A stretch of DNA of 62,891 bases, filler included, from Cercozoa sp. M6MM (Eukaryota > Protista > Endomyxa: Ascetosporea), in assembly GCA_040357565.1 (NCBI GenBank). It is 10 parts of 10 records of this genome, joined end to end, with 100 filler letters (N's around TTAATTAATTAA, not from the genome) between each part and the next. Parts side by side here need not be neighbours in the genome. Positions count along the whole stretch, not along the records: positions 4,877 to 13,316 come from JBDODJ010000537.1; positions 13,417 to 16,974 come from JBDODJ010001403.1; positions 17,075 to 35,170 come from JBDODJ010000241.1; 7 more parts are not named here. One strand, written 5' to 3'. Positions 12,150 to 26,200 of this stretch are shown here, one piece after another. Each line of letters opens with the position of its first letter. Positions within the stretch are counted from its first letter, which is position 1. The notes beneath the pieces are model-generated. The model searched no databases. It worked only from the letters and a program-made list of their open reading frames with translations, and was not told the origin of the DNA. The translations under genes and the position numbers were made by a program.

Positions 12150-13233
12150 CGCTCTTAGGCGCTTTTCGTGCTCGGCCTGGCTGTTTCTCTTGGCTTGCTC
12201 GACCTCTGCAACGAGCGACGTCACTTGTCGTTTGAATTCCTTCTCAAACTCGTCGTTCCTCTCGGTTTCCTCGCGCCCAGGAACCTTGGTGAACAGGTAG
12301 GAGCCCTGCTGAACTCCATGAGACTAGTTGACCTGCTTCCGTTTCACAGCTCGAGTTGCCTCGTGCGAGTCGCTGGCGCCGCCGAGATAGACCATTTCCA
12401 CCTCAACCACGTGCCGTAGCATCCGGCAAATCGTATGCTATCAAAGAAGCGTGAATAGAGAGTGATGAGACGCGGAGAAAGTACCAACGCTCTCCACGAC
12501 TTTGGCACATCGTCTTCGGAAGGCAGCGAGTCCGGAATCGCCCTTCACCTCCGAAGACCTGAGCTTGCTCTTCACATAAGCCCGAAGAACTCAATACCAT
12601 TGAGGTCGCAGTAAAACTTCGGAAGCCACAGCACTGTGAAGTTTAAAGACTTCGCAAGATCGTCAAGTCGTCTCCTTCTTGAAGATGCTTGGGAAGTTTG
12701 CAGACAAGCTTCTTCGTAGCGTGCTGACCGTTGCGAAGTCAAGCCGACGGCACCTTGAGTTGTTGGGCGATCGTGTCCAAGCCGTACGTCACGCCCGTCA
12801 TTGGATTGAAGAACGAGGCAAGTACAAACATGCGCGCCTGTTCGATCGCTAGAGTCGGCAGCAATGTGCGCCACAGGTGCTTGTCACACTTCAGTGCCTT
12901 CTGTGCAAGCTTACAGACAAACAAACAGCACGAAATGGAGCGTAGTACCGCGCGAGAGACGGAGCGCTGCGTGCGCCCTTGCCGTGCAGGTGGCGGCTCG
13001 TCCAGGTCCGCCATTTCAACGGCGCAACGGTCCGCACTAAGGGCGCGTGCCGACCTGGTTCGCTTTCTAGCAGAGGTAACCACTTTCTTCTTTGGTTTGG
13101 GCGGCTCCGCAGGCATAGAATCGGCTAAAGCAGCCCTGTGTCCGGCGAGAGCCACCTTCACGGCCCTGGCCTTCTTGAGGGTTTCACGCCTCCCACGATC
13201 GCGATTGCTAGGCCGTCCAGGTCCCTTGCCCAT
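12150..13233 (-). pseudogene. Degraded IS630/Tc1-mariner-like (DDE_3-type) transposase relic
   Basis: FTVLWLPKFYCDLNGIEFF, then a frameshift, then AYVKSKLR resembles the LPKFHCELNPIE.YW..K motif. In-frame stops follow downstream; basic N-terminus. Confidence 0.65.
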
Positions 13234-13505
13234 GTAGTTACACATCTATAGACAGCTTCACGTTAGGACTAAGACCTTGGCCAGTTGTTGTGCTCTGCAT
13301 CGACTCAATTCCGACTNNNNNNNNNNNNNNNNNNNNNNNNNNNNNNNNNNNNNNNNNNNNTTAATTAATTAANNNNNNNNNNNNNNNNNNNNNNNNNNNN
13401 NNNNNNNNNNNNNNNNGTTACCCCTTCACCCCTTCAATCCCTGTTACCTCCTTCATCCCCTTTACCCCCTCCCCCTGCCCTCCGTGTATTACGTGTATTG
13501 CGCAG

Positions 13506-13719
13506 GTGCACGGCAATCACGACGATCCGGTACCGTGTTCCCTCTGCGTCCATGTGGACTGGTCCGTGTGGACCGGTGTTCGTACCGTGCCCTAATTTAC
13601 ACTGGCTACTGGCTACACGTGCTGCAGGTGGGCGGCGCGCACTCGACGCAGCGACCGCTGTCGGCGGTGGACCTGCTGTCGGCCGCGCAGCTTGTCAACT
13701 ACTTTGGCACTCAGTACAC

Positions 13720-13768
<49 letters not shown>

Positions 13769-13778
13769 NNNNNNNNNN

Positions 13779-13833
<55 letters not shown>

Positions 13834-15281
13834 GCTACACAGAGTGGCTATACAGAGTGGCTACACAGAGTGGCTAGGCTACAGCACTAATGTATGGTGT
13901 GCGTGTGTGCGGCAGGAACAATATCTCCAAAGTCGACGTGGACCCACTGCTCATCAAGAAGGTGTGTCCATTTGTACCTGTCCATATGTACCTATGTACC
14001 TGTCCGTATACACCTATGTACCTGTCCATATATCTATGTACCTGTCCATATGTACCTATGTACCCTCCATATGTACCTGTCCATGGTGGTACAGGGTGCC
14101 ACCAGTCTGGCCATGTACGGCATCGGCGCCATGCGCGACGAGCGACTGCGCATGATGTTCGGTGCGCCTCGTTCTTACTCCCCTGTTTACCCCCATGCTT
14201 ACCCCCCTCTGACCCCCTTTTACCCCCTCTTTACCCCCCCGTTTACCCTCTTTTACCCCTTGACACAGAGCAACAAAAAGTGACATGGCGACGGCCCGGC
14301 AATCCTGAGGATGTACTCCTCTTTACCCCCCCTACCCCCTCTTTACCCCCTCTTTACCCTCTCTTCACTCCTTTACCTCCCTCTTCACCCCCCCTCTTTA
14401 CCCCCCCCTCCATTTTTCTTTTCCCCCCTTTCCCCCCCTCTTTCCCCCCCCCCCCGCTGGTGCAGTGGTTCAACGTGCTGGTGATCCACCAGAACCGCGT
14501 GTGTCGCAACGAGCACATCAATCGGTACACATGGCGACTGTGTTGTACCGTCCGTATGGACCGTTCAACTAGATGCTTTATATATCTGTATCCGATGCAG
14601 CGACGCCATTGCGCCGGAGTTGCTGCCGAAGTTTCTCGATCTGCTCTACTGGGCGCACGAGCACGAGTCGTACCCCCTTCTTTATTTTTCGGATGTTTTT
14701 GTATTTTCTGGCATCCGCGCGGACGTGTGAAAAACGAGAAAATGCGCGCAGGAAGCCGTTTATGGAGGACCTGAGCGATCACATTGTCATCCAGGTGCGA
14801 TCACAGCATCGATCACAGCATCGTTCACACTGACTGAGTGACCACTGAGTGACTCACTGAGTGACCACTGGGTGACCACTGAGTGACCACGTGGCCTGTG
14901 TGTAGCCAGGCAGCACGGTGCAGGCGTCGCTGCACCAGAGCGAGGCGCTGCCGAAACACGTCGTGGTGCTCGATGTGCGGCGGCAGCAGTAGTTTACCCC
15001 CTCTTTTACCCCTTTTACCCCTCTTTTACCCCCCTCTTTTACCCCCCCCCCCCTTTTACCCCCCTCTTTTACCCCCCTTTTACCCCCTCTTTTACCCCCC
15101 TTTACTGCCACTGTCAGACTGCGCGCCACGGCGGTTCCGCTGGAGACGGCGAGAGTGTACTTTTTACCCCCCTTACCCCCTACCCCCTACTCCTACCCCT
15201 ACCCCTTTTGCCCCCTTTTAATAGGTACCACACGTGTGACTTCAATTTGTCGGACTACTTTGTACCGCCTGATGGCGGTTT

Positions 15282-15326
<45 letters not shown>

Positions 15327-16240
15327 NNNNNNNNNNNNNNNNNNNNNNNNNNNNNNNNNNNNNNNNNNNNNNNNNNNNNNNNNNNNNNNNNNNNNNNNNN
15401 NNNNNNNNNNNNNNNNNNNNNNNNNNCCCCCCTGCCCCCTCAGAGGGCGATCTGGAGACCATCAGCGACGAGCGACTGCTGGAGCGACTACGCGAGTTTG
15501 TACGTCCCAGTCCGAGTGGACCCAGTTGGTCCAAATGGACTCAGTTGATCCAAGTGGACCTGGTCAGTTCTGGTTAAGCGTGCGTTGAGTGACCCCGCGC
15601 AGGTCGAAATCGCCGTCAATGAGGCGGAAGGAAAGCGACTCCGCGGACTCTCCGCTCTCGGTAGCGTGTGGCTGTCTTCCTCCCTTACCCCCTTTACCCC
15701 CTTTTACCTTTTACCCTTCTACCCCTTACCCCCTTTACCCCCTTTACCCCTCTTTTACCCCCCCCCCAGGACTGAGCGACCAGGTGCCGCCGGCCAGCGG
15801 ATACTACGCCTCGCAGCGCCGCAGCAGCGACGACAGAAACGCCAGGTACAAATGGACCGACCGAGTACTGCCTGTGTTTGTACAAATGGACCGACTGGCT
15901 ACTGTGTACAAATGGACCCGCAGAACGGCTACTCCGGCCGAACAGGCGATGCTGCCGCTCGTGCGCGTGCGCGTCAACTACGCGGTAGCGCTGTTTTACC
16001 CCCCTCTTAGCCCCTCTTACCCCCCTCTTACCCCTCTTATAGGGTGGTTTCTCGCGGCCCAACAAGTCACTGCTGCGATCATTTGGTACCCACTGTACAC
16101 GTGGCCTCCCACTCGGCACGTGATTCCACAGGACACGTGGTCCACTGGACACGTGTCTCACTCATCTGACTGTGTCTGTGCGACAGCCTCGTCGGTGCAG
16201 CACCTCGTGGCCAACCCGCACGAGTGGTACACCCCTTGTT

Positions 16241-16284
<44 letters not shown>

Positions 16285-16866
16285 NNNNNNNNNNNNNNNN
16301 NNNNNNNNNNNNNNNNNNNNNNNNNNNNNNNNNNNNNNNNNNNNNNNNNNNNNNNNNNNNNNNNNNNNNNNNNNNNNNNNNNNNCCCCCCCCCCCCAGTG
16401 TGCACCTGTTCTCGCGCGGCAACGCGGCGCGCAAGAAGAAAACGGCGGCGACGGCGACGGCCGAGGACGCCGTCGAGATCGAGTTTGAGCAGCCTGCCAT
16501 GTCTGCAGAGGTACGTTTGTACGCTGGTCCATTTGTACGCCGGTCCGTTTGGTCCGTTTGTACGCCGGTCTAACTTGTACGCAGGTCCTCATTTGTACGC
16601 GGTCCATTTGGACAGAACAAGAGCGCCGAGATCACGAACTACGTGCTCCAGATGGTCGCCGACAATGCCGCCAACGAGGTGCGCTGCGGTTTTATCCCCC
16701 TGCTTACCCCTGCTTACCTCCTGCTTACCCTGCTTACCCCCTGCTTACCCCCTGTTTCCCCCCCCCCCCCGGCAGAAGAAGGCGCTAACGGTGCTGGCCG
16801 GTTCGGCACTGACGCGCGCCGTCGAATGCTTCGCCGACAAGAAGGATGCGCAGGCACTCGAGCGGT
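13506..16866 (+). CDS. MRE11: Double-strand break repair nuclease MRE11, partial at both contig ends
   Basis: Spliced motifs VHGNHDDP, LVNYFG, PLLIKKG.TSLAMYGIGAMRDERL, WFNVLVIHQNR, LLYWAHEHE, IQPGSTV...L...EALPKHV, LPLVRVRV, VANP, ALT.AVECFADKKD. Confidence 0.92.
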
Positions 16867-16918
16867 ACACTCGGACACTGGACTGGTCTATATGGACTGG
16901 ACTGGACTGGATTAAGGC

Positions 16919-16974
<56 letters not shown>

Positions 16975-17235
16975 NNNNNNNNNNNNNNNNNNNNNNNNNN
17001 NNNNNNNNNNNNNNNNNNTTAATTAATTAANNNNNNNNNNNNNNNNNNNNNNNNNNNNNNNNNNNNNNNNNNNNGGGGAAGGGGGGGGGTAAGGGTGGGG
17101 TAGGGATAGGGGTAAGGGGGAGGGTAGGGGTAAGGAGAGGAGGGTAGGGGTAAGGGGGGGAGTAGGGGTAAGGAGAGGAGGGTAGGGGGTAAGGAGAGGG
17201 AGGGGGTAAGGGGGAGTAAGGGGAGGGGGTCAAAC

Positions 17236-20203
17236 CTAATGCGCAGCCACTCGGCCGCCGTCGGCAGCTCGGTTCGCAGCACAATCTCCTGACGCCACAG
17301 CACGCCGTGCACGAACCCGAAGAAACCGGCCTGGAGGTCAACATGGGGGAAACAGGTGGGTGAACAGGGGACAAAACAGGGGAGCAAACAGGGGGGTAAA
17401 CAGGGGGGTAAACACCTGCGTCACGAGCGTCTCCGGCTCGATGGCGTCCATCGGCGGAATAAAAAACTCCTCTCGCTCCGGCGCTCCCGTTCGTGCCTTC
17501 TGTGGCTACACATGCGAGCCCATACAACTTGAGCCCATACAACTTGAGCCCATAGGACTCTGAGCCCATGCAGCCCCCATAGTCCACACTACCAGCGGCG
17601 AACTGACAGACGAACGACGGAGCTGCTGCTGCCGAATGCGCCTGGGGTGGGGTAGGGGGGTAAAGGGAGGGGGTAAAGGGTAAAGGGGTAAAGGAGGGGA
17701 CAAGGGACAAGGAGGTAAAGCCTACAACTGACGCAGCTCGCGCTCCTCCTCCTTGCGCCGCTTCTGCGTGCGATCCGACCGGAACGAAGCGTACGTCGAC
17801 GGCACCACTGTGCTGCTGCCATGCCGCATGCCCTAAGAGTAAAGGGTTAAGGAGGAAGGGAGGTAAAGAACAAGGGTAAATGATTAAGGGGGTAAATTAT
17901 TAAGGGGGTAAATTATTAAGGGAGAAAACTACCATATCCCGCGGCGTCGACGGCGTCGCCGGTGTCGCCGTGATCTTGCGCTACAGGGGGAAAGCAAACA
18001 AGTTAAGGGGTGATATAAAGTTAAGGGGGAGGGGGGTAAAGGAGCTTAAACTACAGCAGGCCGGACAGAGGAGGCCTCGCTGTCCGTGTCGGATTCGATC
18101 GGCAACTGCGACGGCAGAGGCACCACCGGCTGTGCCGTCAGAGGCGTCGTGTCCTTCTTCCTGGCAGTCTCTGTCGTCTCTGTGGTGTCCTCCGTCTTGC
18201 TTCCGCCTGCAGCAGCGACGCTTTCGTTTTTCGCGCTCTTGTTGTCGTCGATTTCGCTTTTTTCGCTCGAGTTTTCGCTCGATTTCGTCGCTGCGCTCTT
18301 GGCTACGTCTGCCGGCGCTTCTGTCGCCGCCGCTGCGTTTTTCTCCGCCGATTCACGCATTTCCGAAGCTGCCGTTTCCGACTCCGACGACGACTCGGAC
18401 TTTTGCAGGTTGAACACGCTCTCCAATGCTGTGGCTACACATCGACTGGCAAGTTTCGAAACTGACACACAGCTCAATTGAAACGTGCTACATGAGCCAT
18501 TCATTGGCGTCATTGGCGTCATCGGCGGCTGCAGAAGCAAATAGTGTGCTTTAATCATACAGTCAAAAAGGCGAAAGATACCGCATCAGCTTGGGCAACT
18601 TCAGTCGCTTTTTCGATGGCAGCTTGCTGATCAAAAGCAAAAACTGCAAACACACAGTCCAGTAAACATGTATCCTGCAAGGTACAACTGCAGCATCAGA
18701 GCCTTGCTCGGCCACCCAGTCCTCATACGTCCAACGCAGCATGCCCTGCGAGCAACGTTGTGAATGTGGCTATTTTTGGACAAGACACAAGACACACCTC
18801 GATCTGACTCTGATTGGCTTCGATGGCCAGATCCACAGCGGTCTGTCCCAAGTCGCTCTGCTTGGACACAAGCGGCAAAAACGTCTCCTTTTGTTGCAGC
18901 AGGAAGTCCACCTACCCCCAATTATTTCGATCAGTTCAATCAGTTTGATTTTTTAAACGTTCAAGTTACCAAGTCGAGATTGCCGCCTTCGGCAGCCTTG
19001 TGCAGCGGCGTTTCGCCGACCTTGTTACGGCAGCACTTAGCGCCATACTGCACCAGAAGCTTTGCTTCCTCCAGCAGACCCTTTGGCGCAATCAAGCGTT
19101 AGCAATATTTAGAATACGAAAAGGACAGAAAAAAAGGCTGCACCTGCTTGCAAGCAGCATGCAAGGCCGTGTTGCCCTTGTCTCGGAAACCAATTCGCGC
19201 TCGACCGTCGGCAGCGCCCTTTGATAGCGTCATTGAAACGTTGGCGCCGTTCTGTTGCAAAAAAGCTTTGGAAGCTCACACAAAAGGCGAGAAACAAAGC
19301 TACGGCAAGCAGAGCACGCAGAATGCGCGTGTCCTTGGTGTTCACGGCCACGAAGAGGTACGGCTCGCCATACTGCGTACGCAGATTCGGGTCGGCGCCG
19401 TGCTCCAGCAGCAGATCAACAATGTCCAAACGACGGTGCACAATGGCCTGCACAATGAGATGTTTTAATTGTCAAATCAACAAAGGTGTTTTGGAGAAAC
19501 GCTACATTCAACAAAGCAGTCATTCCGTTCTCGTCCGAGAAATTAACGTCAATGCGACCGTAGGCCTTCAGAAGCGAACGCACTTCGCTCGCCATGCGAG
19601 CCTAAAACCGCCAAAGCACAATTATAAATTCTTCATTGTTCGAGTCAGTTGTCCCCTCAGCCACTGAAAGTTAATCTACAGTCACAAAGGCTCGCTGAAT
19701 CTCCTCGAACTTGTTCGTGTACTGCAACTCGTTTGCGATCGTCGAGGCACGGCCGATTGTCTGACGCACAGATCTCTGCCGGCGCACGGCCATCGCTGAC
19801 TGGAGCTGCCGAGGAGGAAAAGCTCGTGTCAGAACAACCAGAAAGAACAACGAGAAAGAGAGAAACTGACCTCTTTGGGCGTCTTTTTCGAAATCCAGCG
19901 GTCCAGCAGAAGCAACAGTGCTGCCGGACACTGATCGTTGCGCTGAGCGGCATCGCGCGCCTTCTTGAAATCCTCCAGCGTGAACTCGTGCTTGCGAATC
20001 AGCTGATCAGCGACAGCACATATAAAAAAACTGGACTCAGCATACCTAATAAACTTACGTCTTGCACTTTGCGCAGCTTTCCGTCGCGTGCGGCATCACG
20101 CAGCTTCGTCGGCGCGGACTGATCACATTTTTCACATTCGCATGCATCCCACAAGTGCACCTGACCCAGGATTTTAACTCACCCGTCCGAAAAAGCTGCT
20201 CAT
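17236..20203 (-). CDS. Ankyrin-repeat protein with low-complexity linker and a possible kinase-like C-terminus, 3' partial
   Basis: Ankyrin motifs DENGMTALL, IVDLLLEHGADPN, GNTALHAAC, GETPLHKAAEGGNLDLV, GQTAVDLA; probable start MSSFFGR at 20203. Confidence 0.8.
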
Positions 20204-20409
20204 GGCTGCACCAGAGTGTGCAGACTATATTACACCCTGTGCGTTCGTGTGCGTTGTCTGGCACGTGCCAGCGTCGTTGATTTATTTGTGCTGGCTACAA
20301 CATCCAAGAAGTGATCGCTTTCTGAGTGCTGGCTACAACATCCAGCAAGTCTTTTAGACTTCAGGCACGTTCATTAATTAGCCAAAGCTAGCGCGCAATC
20401 GTGCACTCG

Positions 20410-20506
20410 TTATTTCTGATTTCGGCGGTGCTGCATCTCAAAGTTGGCCTCGGCGAGTTTCTCCAGCGTCTCGCGAGTCATCGGATGGAAACCGCCGTGC
20501 GTGACT

Positions 20507-20541
<35 letters not shown>

Positions 20542-22894
20542 ATAAATGAAAAAGCCTGTGTGGGGGCCGTGTATGTGTGGGGNNNNNNNNNNNNNNNNNN
20601 NNNNNNNNNNNNNNNNNNNNNNNNNNNNNNNNNNNNNNNNNNNNNNNNNNNNNNNNNNNNNNNNNNNNNNNNNNNNNNNNNNTAAAAGAGAGCAAAGGAG
20701 AGTGTGGACCTAGTAGTACTGGTGAGCTGTCCAAGTGCCTTTTCGAAAAGGTGCGTGGCAATGTCGCTGCGACACTCGTGCCAGGCCAGTTTGGCCGCCA
20801 CCACTGCTCAAAGACAGGGTTGTTTGACACGAGGCAGTAGGCAGTAGGGTAGGGAGGAAAGGTACGGTATTGCACGGCCAGTACAGGCGATGCCGTGCGG
20901 CGGTACAAACTGTCGTCGCTGTCGCCTTCTTCACGCGGCAGCAGCAGCAGAAACTGCATGGCGTCGCACACCTCGATACACACGTCCAGCGCGCTCGCCT
21001 GGGGGGAGGGGGGTAAATGGGTAGGGGTAGGGGGTAAAAGGAGAGTACGTAGTCGGCAGCGTCAATGAGAGCCGTCACCAGTCGGCGCAGCGTCGACACC
21101 AGGTCGGCGTGACGAGGACCCAGCAGTTTGCGCTGCTCGCCCGCCACGTTGCGTAAACTGTCCTCAAGCACACAGCACTCAGTTGAAACAACTGCTTGAA
21201 ACTTGTACGAGTGGAGAAAGCCCGTGAAAACTAATCAAAGCTGACGAAAACCAATCAAAACTGACGAAAACAAATCAAAGCTAGACTGATAAAAAAACTG
21301 AAGAGAAGCTGGTCCAGGCAATAACAGGTCAACTTGATGAAAGCAAGTTAAAAAAGGTTGTTTAAACAAGCAAACGAAACACATAAAACATCAATTCGAC
21401 AACACAACAGAACCAAAAAGTTGAGAATACGTTTTCACATCAGTGGCCTGCTGCGAACGCTTCAGCAGTTCTTTTCGCTGTTTTTCGAGTTGTTTTTGCA
21501 CTTCCTCTTCCACATTGGCGACCTGCAAACACACGTGGTTTCTCTGCTTCCCAAAACGACTCGACATAAAAAAGAGGCAGGTACATTCTGCGACAAGAGA
21601 CGCTGTTCGAGACGCACTTCGGCGCCGTTATTGAAGGCACAGGCGGCCTTGTCGCGACGTCCTCGTGCCCGACCGAAAACATCGTCCTGTTTGACAGAAT
21701 TTTATGATTATATGGTTCCCTTAAACAGACACAACGCACCCTTAACGTTGGTTGAAAGCCATAGTGTCGATACAGCGTTTCGCTTCGTGTTTCAAACGTG
21801 TCCAGCAGGTCGACATATGAGATCGTGAGTTCCTCGCCTGTCACAGTCAAGTTTAAATCAATTAAAAAGGAGTGTACGCGGAAAGCACCTTGTTGTACAG
21901 GCCGCATGGTGCGCATCTGGACCGTGATTCCCTGTGGTGACAGTGAGAACACCAAGGCACAGTTGGGCGCACAGTCGTGATTCACACAGGCCACGAGCGG
22001 GAAGAAGCCGACGCCGCGCAACTCAAGCTCCGCGTCGCAAACAGAGGCGGCGTTTCGCGTGATGAGCGAAAGCGTCGAATTCACGAGTTCCACTTGTTCC
22101 TGCACGGACGTGCGCCCGCCAAAGTCAAAGTTGCTGCGCTTGCGAAGCAAGTTCCACAGCAGAGCGGCCAAGGCGCGTTTCTCCTCCTCTGCTTCGCCAC
22201 ACGGCAGCGGATCGCTCTGACTCGCGTCGAGCGCATCAAAAACGTCGTAATCACCAGTTTGGAACTTTTCCTTGCGCGAAGCTCGCATCTGACTGCACAA
22301 CGCACCAGTTTTCGCGCTCATTTTGAATATTTCCAGTTTTCAAAAGCTGACAACTCACAGCAATCGAATTGCAAGCACTGCTGTCGTCGAACATCGCTCT
22401 TCCCCTGTGTTTATGTCAGTATGTGCGAAGTGGACATAGGATAAATTGAGTACCGGCCACAATGGAGCACTCCAGCTTGTGTTGCGGCCAGTCCTGGTAA
22501 TAGATTTCATTCACAACTTTTGACACAAGAGAAACGACGAAAAACGCACCAGTTTTTGACACTTGCGGCCACAGTAATGCGCAATCTTGCATCTCTTGCA
22601 GTTGTAGACACGTGTTTCGGCGAGACAGCGCGCGCAGTGCGTTGATCGCTTCAAACAAACCGCTTCAATCAAAATTTCGATCATCTTTTTGGTGAGATTG
22701 AACGAAATGCACACAGTGCAACGCACCTTTATCGGGTAAGAAACCACAGCAGTGTCTCGAAACACAGTGCGACCGACTTCAAAATCCTTGCGGGCCACGA
22801 GGCGCCGTCCTCGTCCATCATCCGCGTTGTCGACATCGACTTGACATTTGTCGCGCAGATACTCTCCGTAGCTAATACGCGCGCTAGACGTCAT
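20410..22894 (-). CDS. SMYD-family SET-MYND lysine methyltransferase
   Basis: GRGRRLVARKDF (N-SET), MYND finger CARC...CKRCKIAHYCGRKCQ..DWPQHKLEC, NHDCAPNC, GEELTISYVD...YGF, and a helical C-terminal domain ending HPMTRETLEKL...*. Confidence 0.88.
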
Positions 22895-23274
22895 CACACG
22901 TGATTATTGAATACTCGCACACGTCCACGTACACCAGAGCCTCAATGTAAAGTACTCTCTTGCGTACAGATTGTCAGGCTTTTAACAGATTTGGCGGCGT
23001 TCAACTGCCCCTGAGCCTATCTACAGTACAGGAACGCAGGCGTGCACGAGATACATGTTTCAGACCGTTCGGAGAGGGCGTTAAAGCCATGGCGCTGGGT
23101 CCATGCATGTACAGAATGTCGTATCTCAGTCGGTTTCAACTTCGAAGATCGGGGTTCAGTTTTTTTTTTCAGTTCAGACTACGAGGTCCGAACGAGGTTT
23201 CGGTCCAACCTTTGACAAACTGGAGAAGTCTTGAGACTGTCGTCAAACCTGGACAGTCTGGAGCACGATGAAAG

Positions 23275-26200
23275 ATGTCTAAAAGGACAAGGCACAAAGC
23301 GTTGTTCCTTTCGGTAAATAACGTAACCGTCATTCTATTGAGTCGATCAGTTCATTCTTTTTTTGCAAGCTGACACAGGTGGTTTTCTGCCTTGGAAACG
23401 TCAACGCTTCTTCCATCACAGTGACTCCAAATCCAAGCGAAACGAGTGCAGTCACATGCAATGTGGAACCTGCAATGGTACAGTCTTCAGCTTGAGGAGG
23501 ATCCATCTTCTAGTAATCTGGTTTGTTGATTCAGAGTGGCGACGTGTTCCTTGCTCTGTGTCCACTCGTGATCAACAGCGAAAGTTTGGACGAAACAGCG
23601 ACGCAAAATTCGATGCTTTGTGAAGATCCTCGAGGTACAAAGTTCTTCCTTTCAGTTGCACTGTGGTACTGCAGTTTCCGGCTTTGAAACTCCAGGAGTT
23701 GGCACGCCTGCTCCGCCAGTGGTTGTGGACAGCGTCACTTGTGCTGACGGCAGCACCACGTGCGTCGCTTTGCTCGATGCCGTCAACTCGGCGCAGTTCC
23801 GACTGTTCGCGTGTGTTGATGCGACCGTCTTTGATTTGACAACAGTGGACTCGGGAACCACGCCGTGCAAGGGCAGCTTGCTGGAAGCTGCTGATATTGC
23901 GACTTGCGTCAACACGTTCGGTGAAAGCACTATCACAGGCGTGGCTACAACAGCAGCTGTACTTCACTCTCCTGCTTTTGCTTGGGTTTGTATTTTGATT
24001 TGTGTGTAAATAAAATACCTGTTTAGACAAGTGTAACCACTGGAACAACAACAACACCAGTCACAACACTAGTCACAACAACAGCAACTACTGGAGCAAT
24101 GACAACTGGAACAATGACAACTGGAACAGTGACAACTGGAACAGTGACAACTGGAACAGTGACAACTGGAACAGTGACAACTGGAACAGTGACAACTGGA
24201 ACAATGACAACTGAAACAACGACACCTGGAACAACGACACCTGGAACAGGAACAATGACACCTGGAACAATGACAACTGGGACAATGACAACCAGAACAG
24301 CGACAACAACAGCAACAACACCTGTCGCCACATTGGTAAGTCAGTTTGTTCCTTTTACTTCAGTCATCCCAATATCACCTTGGCTTGCTGTATTCAGAGC
24401 ACAACTGAAACGATGCAAACAGCGACCACTAGTGCAATGCCAACAACGACAATGACGACACCAACAACGTTAACAGTTCCTCCCATGGGAGAAACGCGCG
24501 ACATCCAGATCGCCGTGTCGCAGGGCAGTGAACCAGTCTCCTGCAACACCGAGATGTCACCGGACGGAAACGACATTCGACTGGTCGTGTGTGCCTCTCA
24601 ACACAGCACATCGTTGGCTCAGTTGAACATTGCTGCCACCCAGCAAACACTCCGGTGCGCTGATGGCACAGCACCGTGGCTCGCTTCTTCTGTTGTCTGT
24701 GCCAGTGGACTCACCTGCGATGCACTCTCTGCATTAAGCATGTTCGACTACTCCATCTTCGCATGCGGTGTCACACACGACCCCTTCGTGGCCGACACGG
24801 TCAAGACAGGCAGTGCCTCGTGTGTCTACCAAGCTGGCAGCACTGCCGATCCTACCGTGTGTCTCAACAGTTTCGGTGTGCCTACTGTTCTCGGGGTTGT
24901 CGAGGCTACACTGACTACTCCTGTGACTGCCACAACGACCCAAACAACCACTGCAACAACGACTCAAACAATGACACAAACAACAACAGTACTGCTAGTC
25001 GAAACAATACCTGATACAGTATGTGACTTGACATCGAGTATTTTAGCGTGTACAACCTGTCTAGACTGCCACCAGTGCAACTGCAGTCAGCACAACGACA
25101 GCAGCAATGCCGGTGCTGCGCGATGTCGCAATCACGGTGGATCAGGGCACCAACGCAGTGACCTGTGATGCCGTCATGTCGCCTTTCGGAATCGGCATTC
25201 GACTGGCCGTTTGTCGGTCAGAGAGTCCAGTTTCGCAGTCGCCACTGGACACTATACTGACACAGCAGACATTCAAATGCAGCGACGGCACGGCGCCTTG
25301 GGTCGCTTCGTCTGTACAATGTGTCATGGGTGTCACATGCTCTGCTCTGGCCAACCTCGTGTCGCACACGGTCTTCGTGTGCGCCGATGCGAGCGGTTTC
25401 TTCGACTCCTTGACAGTGATGCAGTTCAGTTTCTCCTGCAAGTATCAAGACAGTACCGTGGCCGATCCCACCGTGTGTGTCAACGATGTCGGCATTCCCA
25501 CTGTCAACAATGTCGTCGAGGCTACATTGACAACTCCTGTCACTGCCACTACGACCGGAACAACCCTGACAACGACCGGAACAACTCAAACATCGACTGC
25601 AACAACTGGAACAACTGCAACAACAACTGCAACAACTGCAACAACCGGAACAACAACTGCAACAACTGGAACAACCGGAACAACAACTGCAACAACTGAA
25701 ACAACTGCAACAACAACTGCGACAACTGCAACAACTGCGGCGACAACTGCAACAACTGCAACAACTGCAACAACTGCAACAACTGCAACAACTGCAACAA
25801 CTGCAACAACACAATCAACGATTTCGGTGACCAGAGTGACCACTCCGCCGGTGGGAGAAACACGTGACATTGCGATCTCGGTGTCACAAGGCAGTGAACC
25901 GGTCACATGCGATGTCGAGGTGTCACCTGGCGGCGTCGACATTCGCCTGGCACTGTGTGCCTCCGAATCGAGTCTCACACAGGCGCAGTTGGACGTCGGT
26001 GTGACACAGCAGCGATTCGAGTGTGCTGATGGCACTGCGCCCTGGCTTGTATCGTCAGTGGTCTGTGCTAGTGGTCAGACTTGTGACACACTGACGGCCT
26101 TACAGACCGGTCTCGTTGACTATACCTTCTTTGCATGCGGCGACGTTCATGGTCCCTTCGTGGGAGCGACTGTTCAGGGCTTCAGTGCTTCCTGCGTCTA

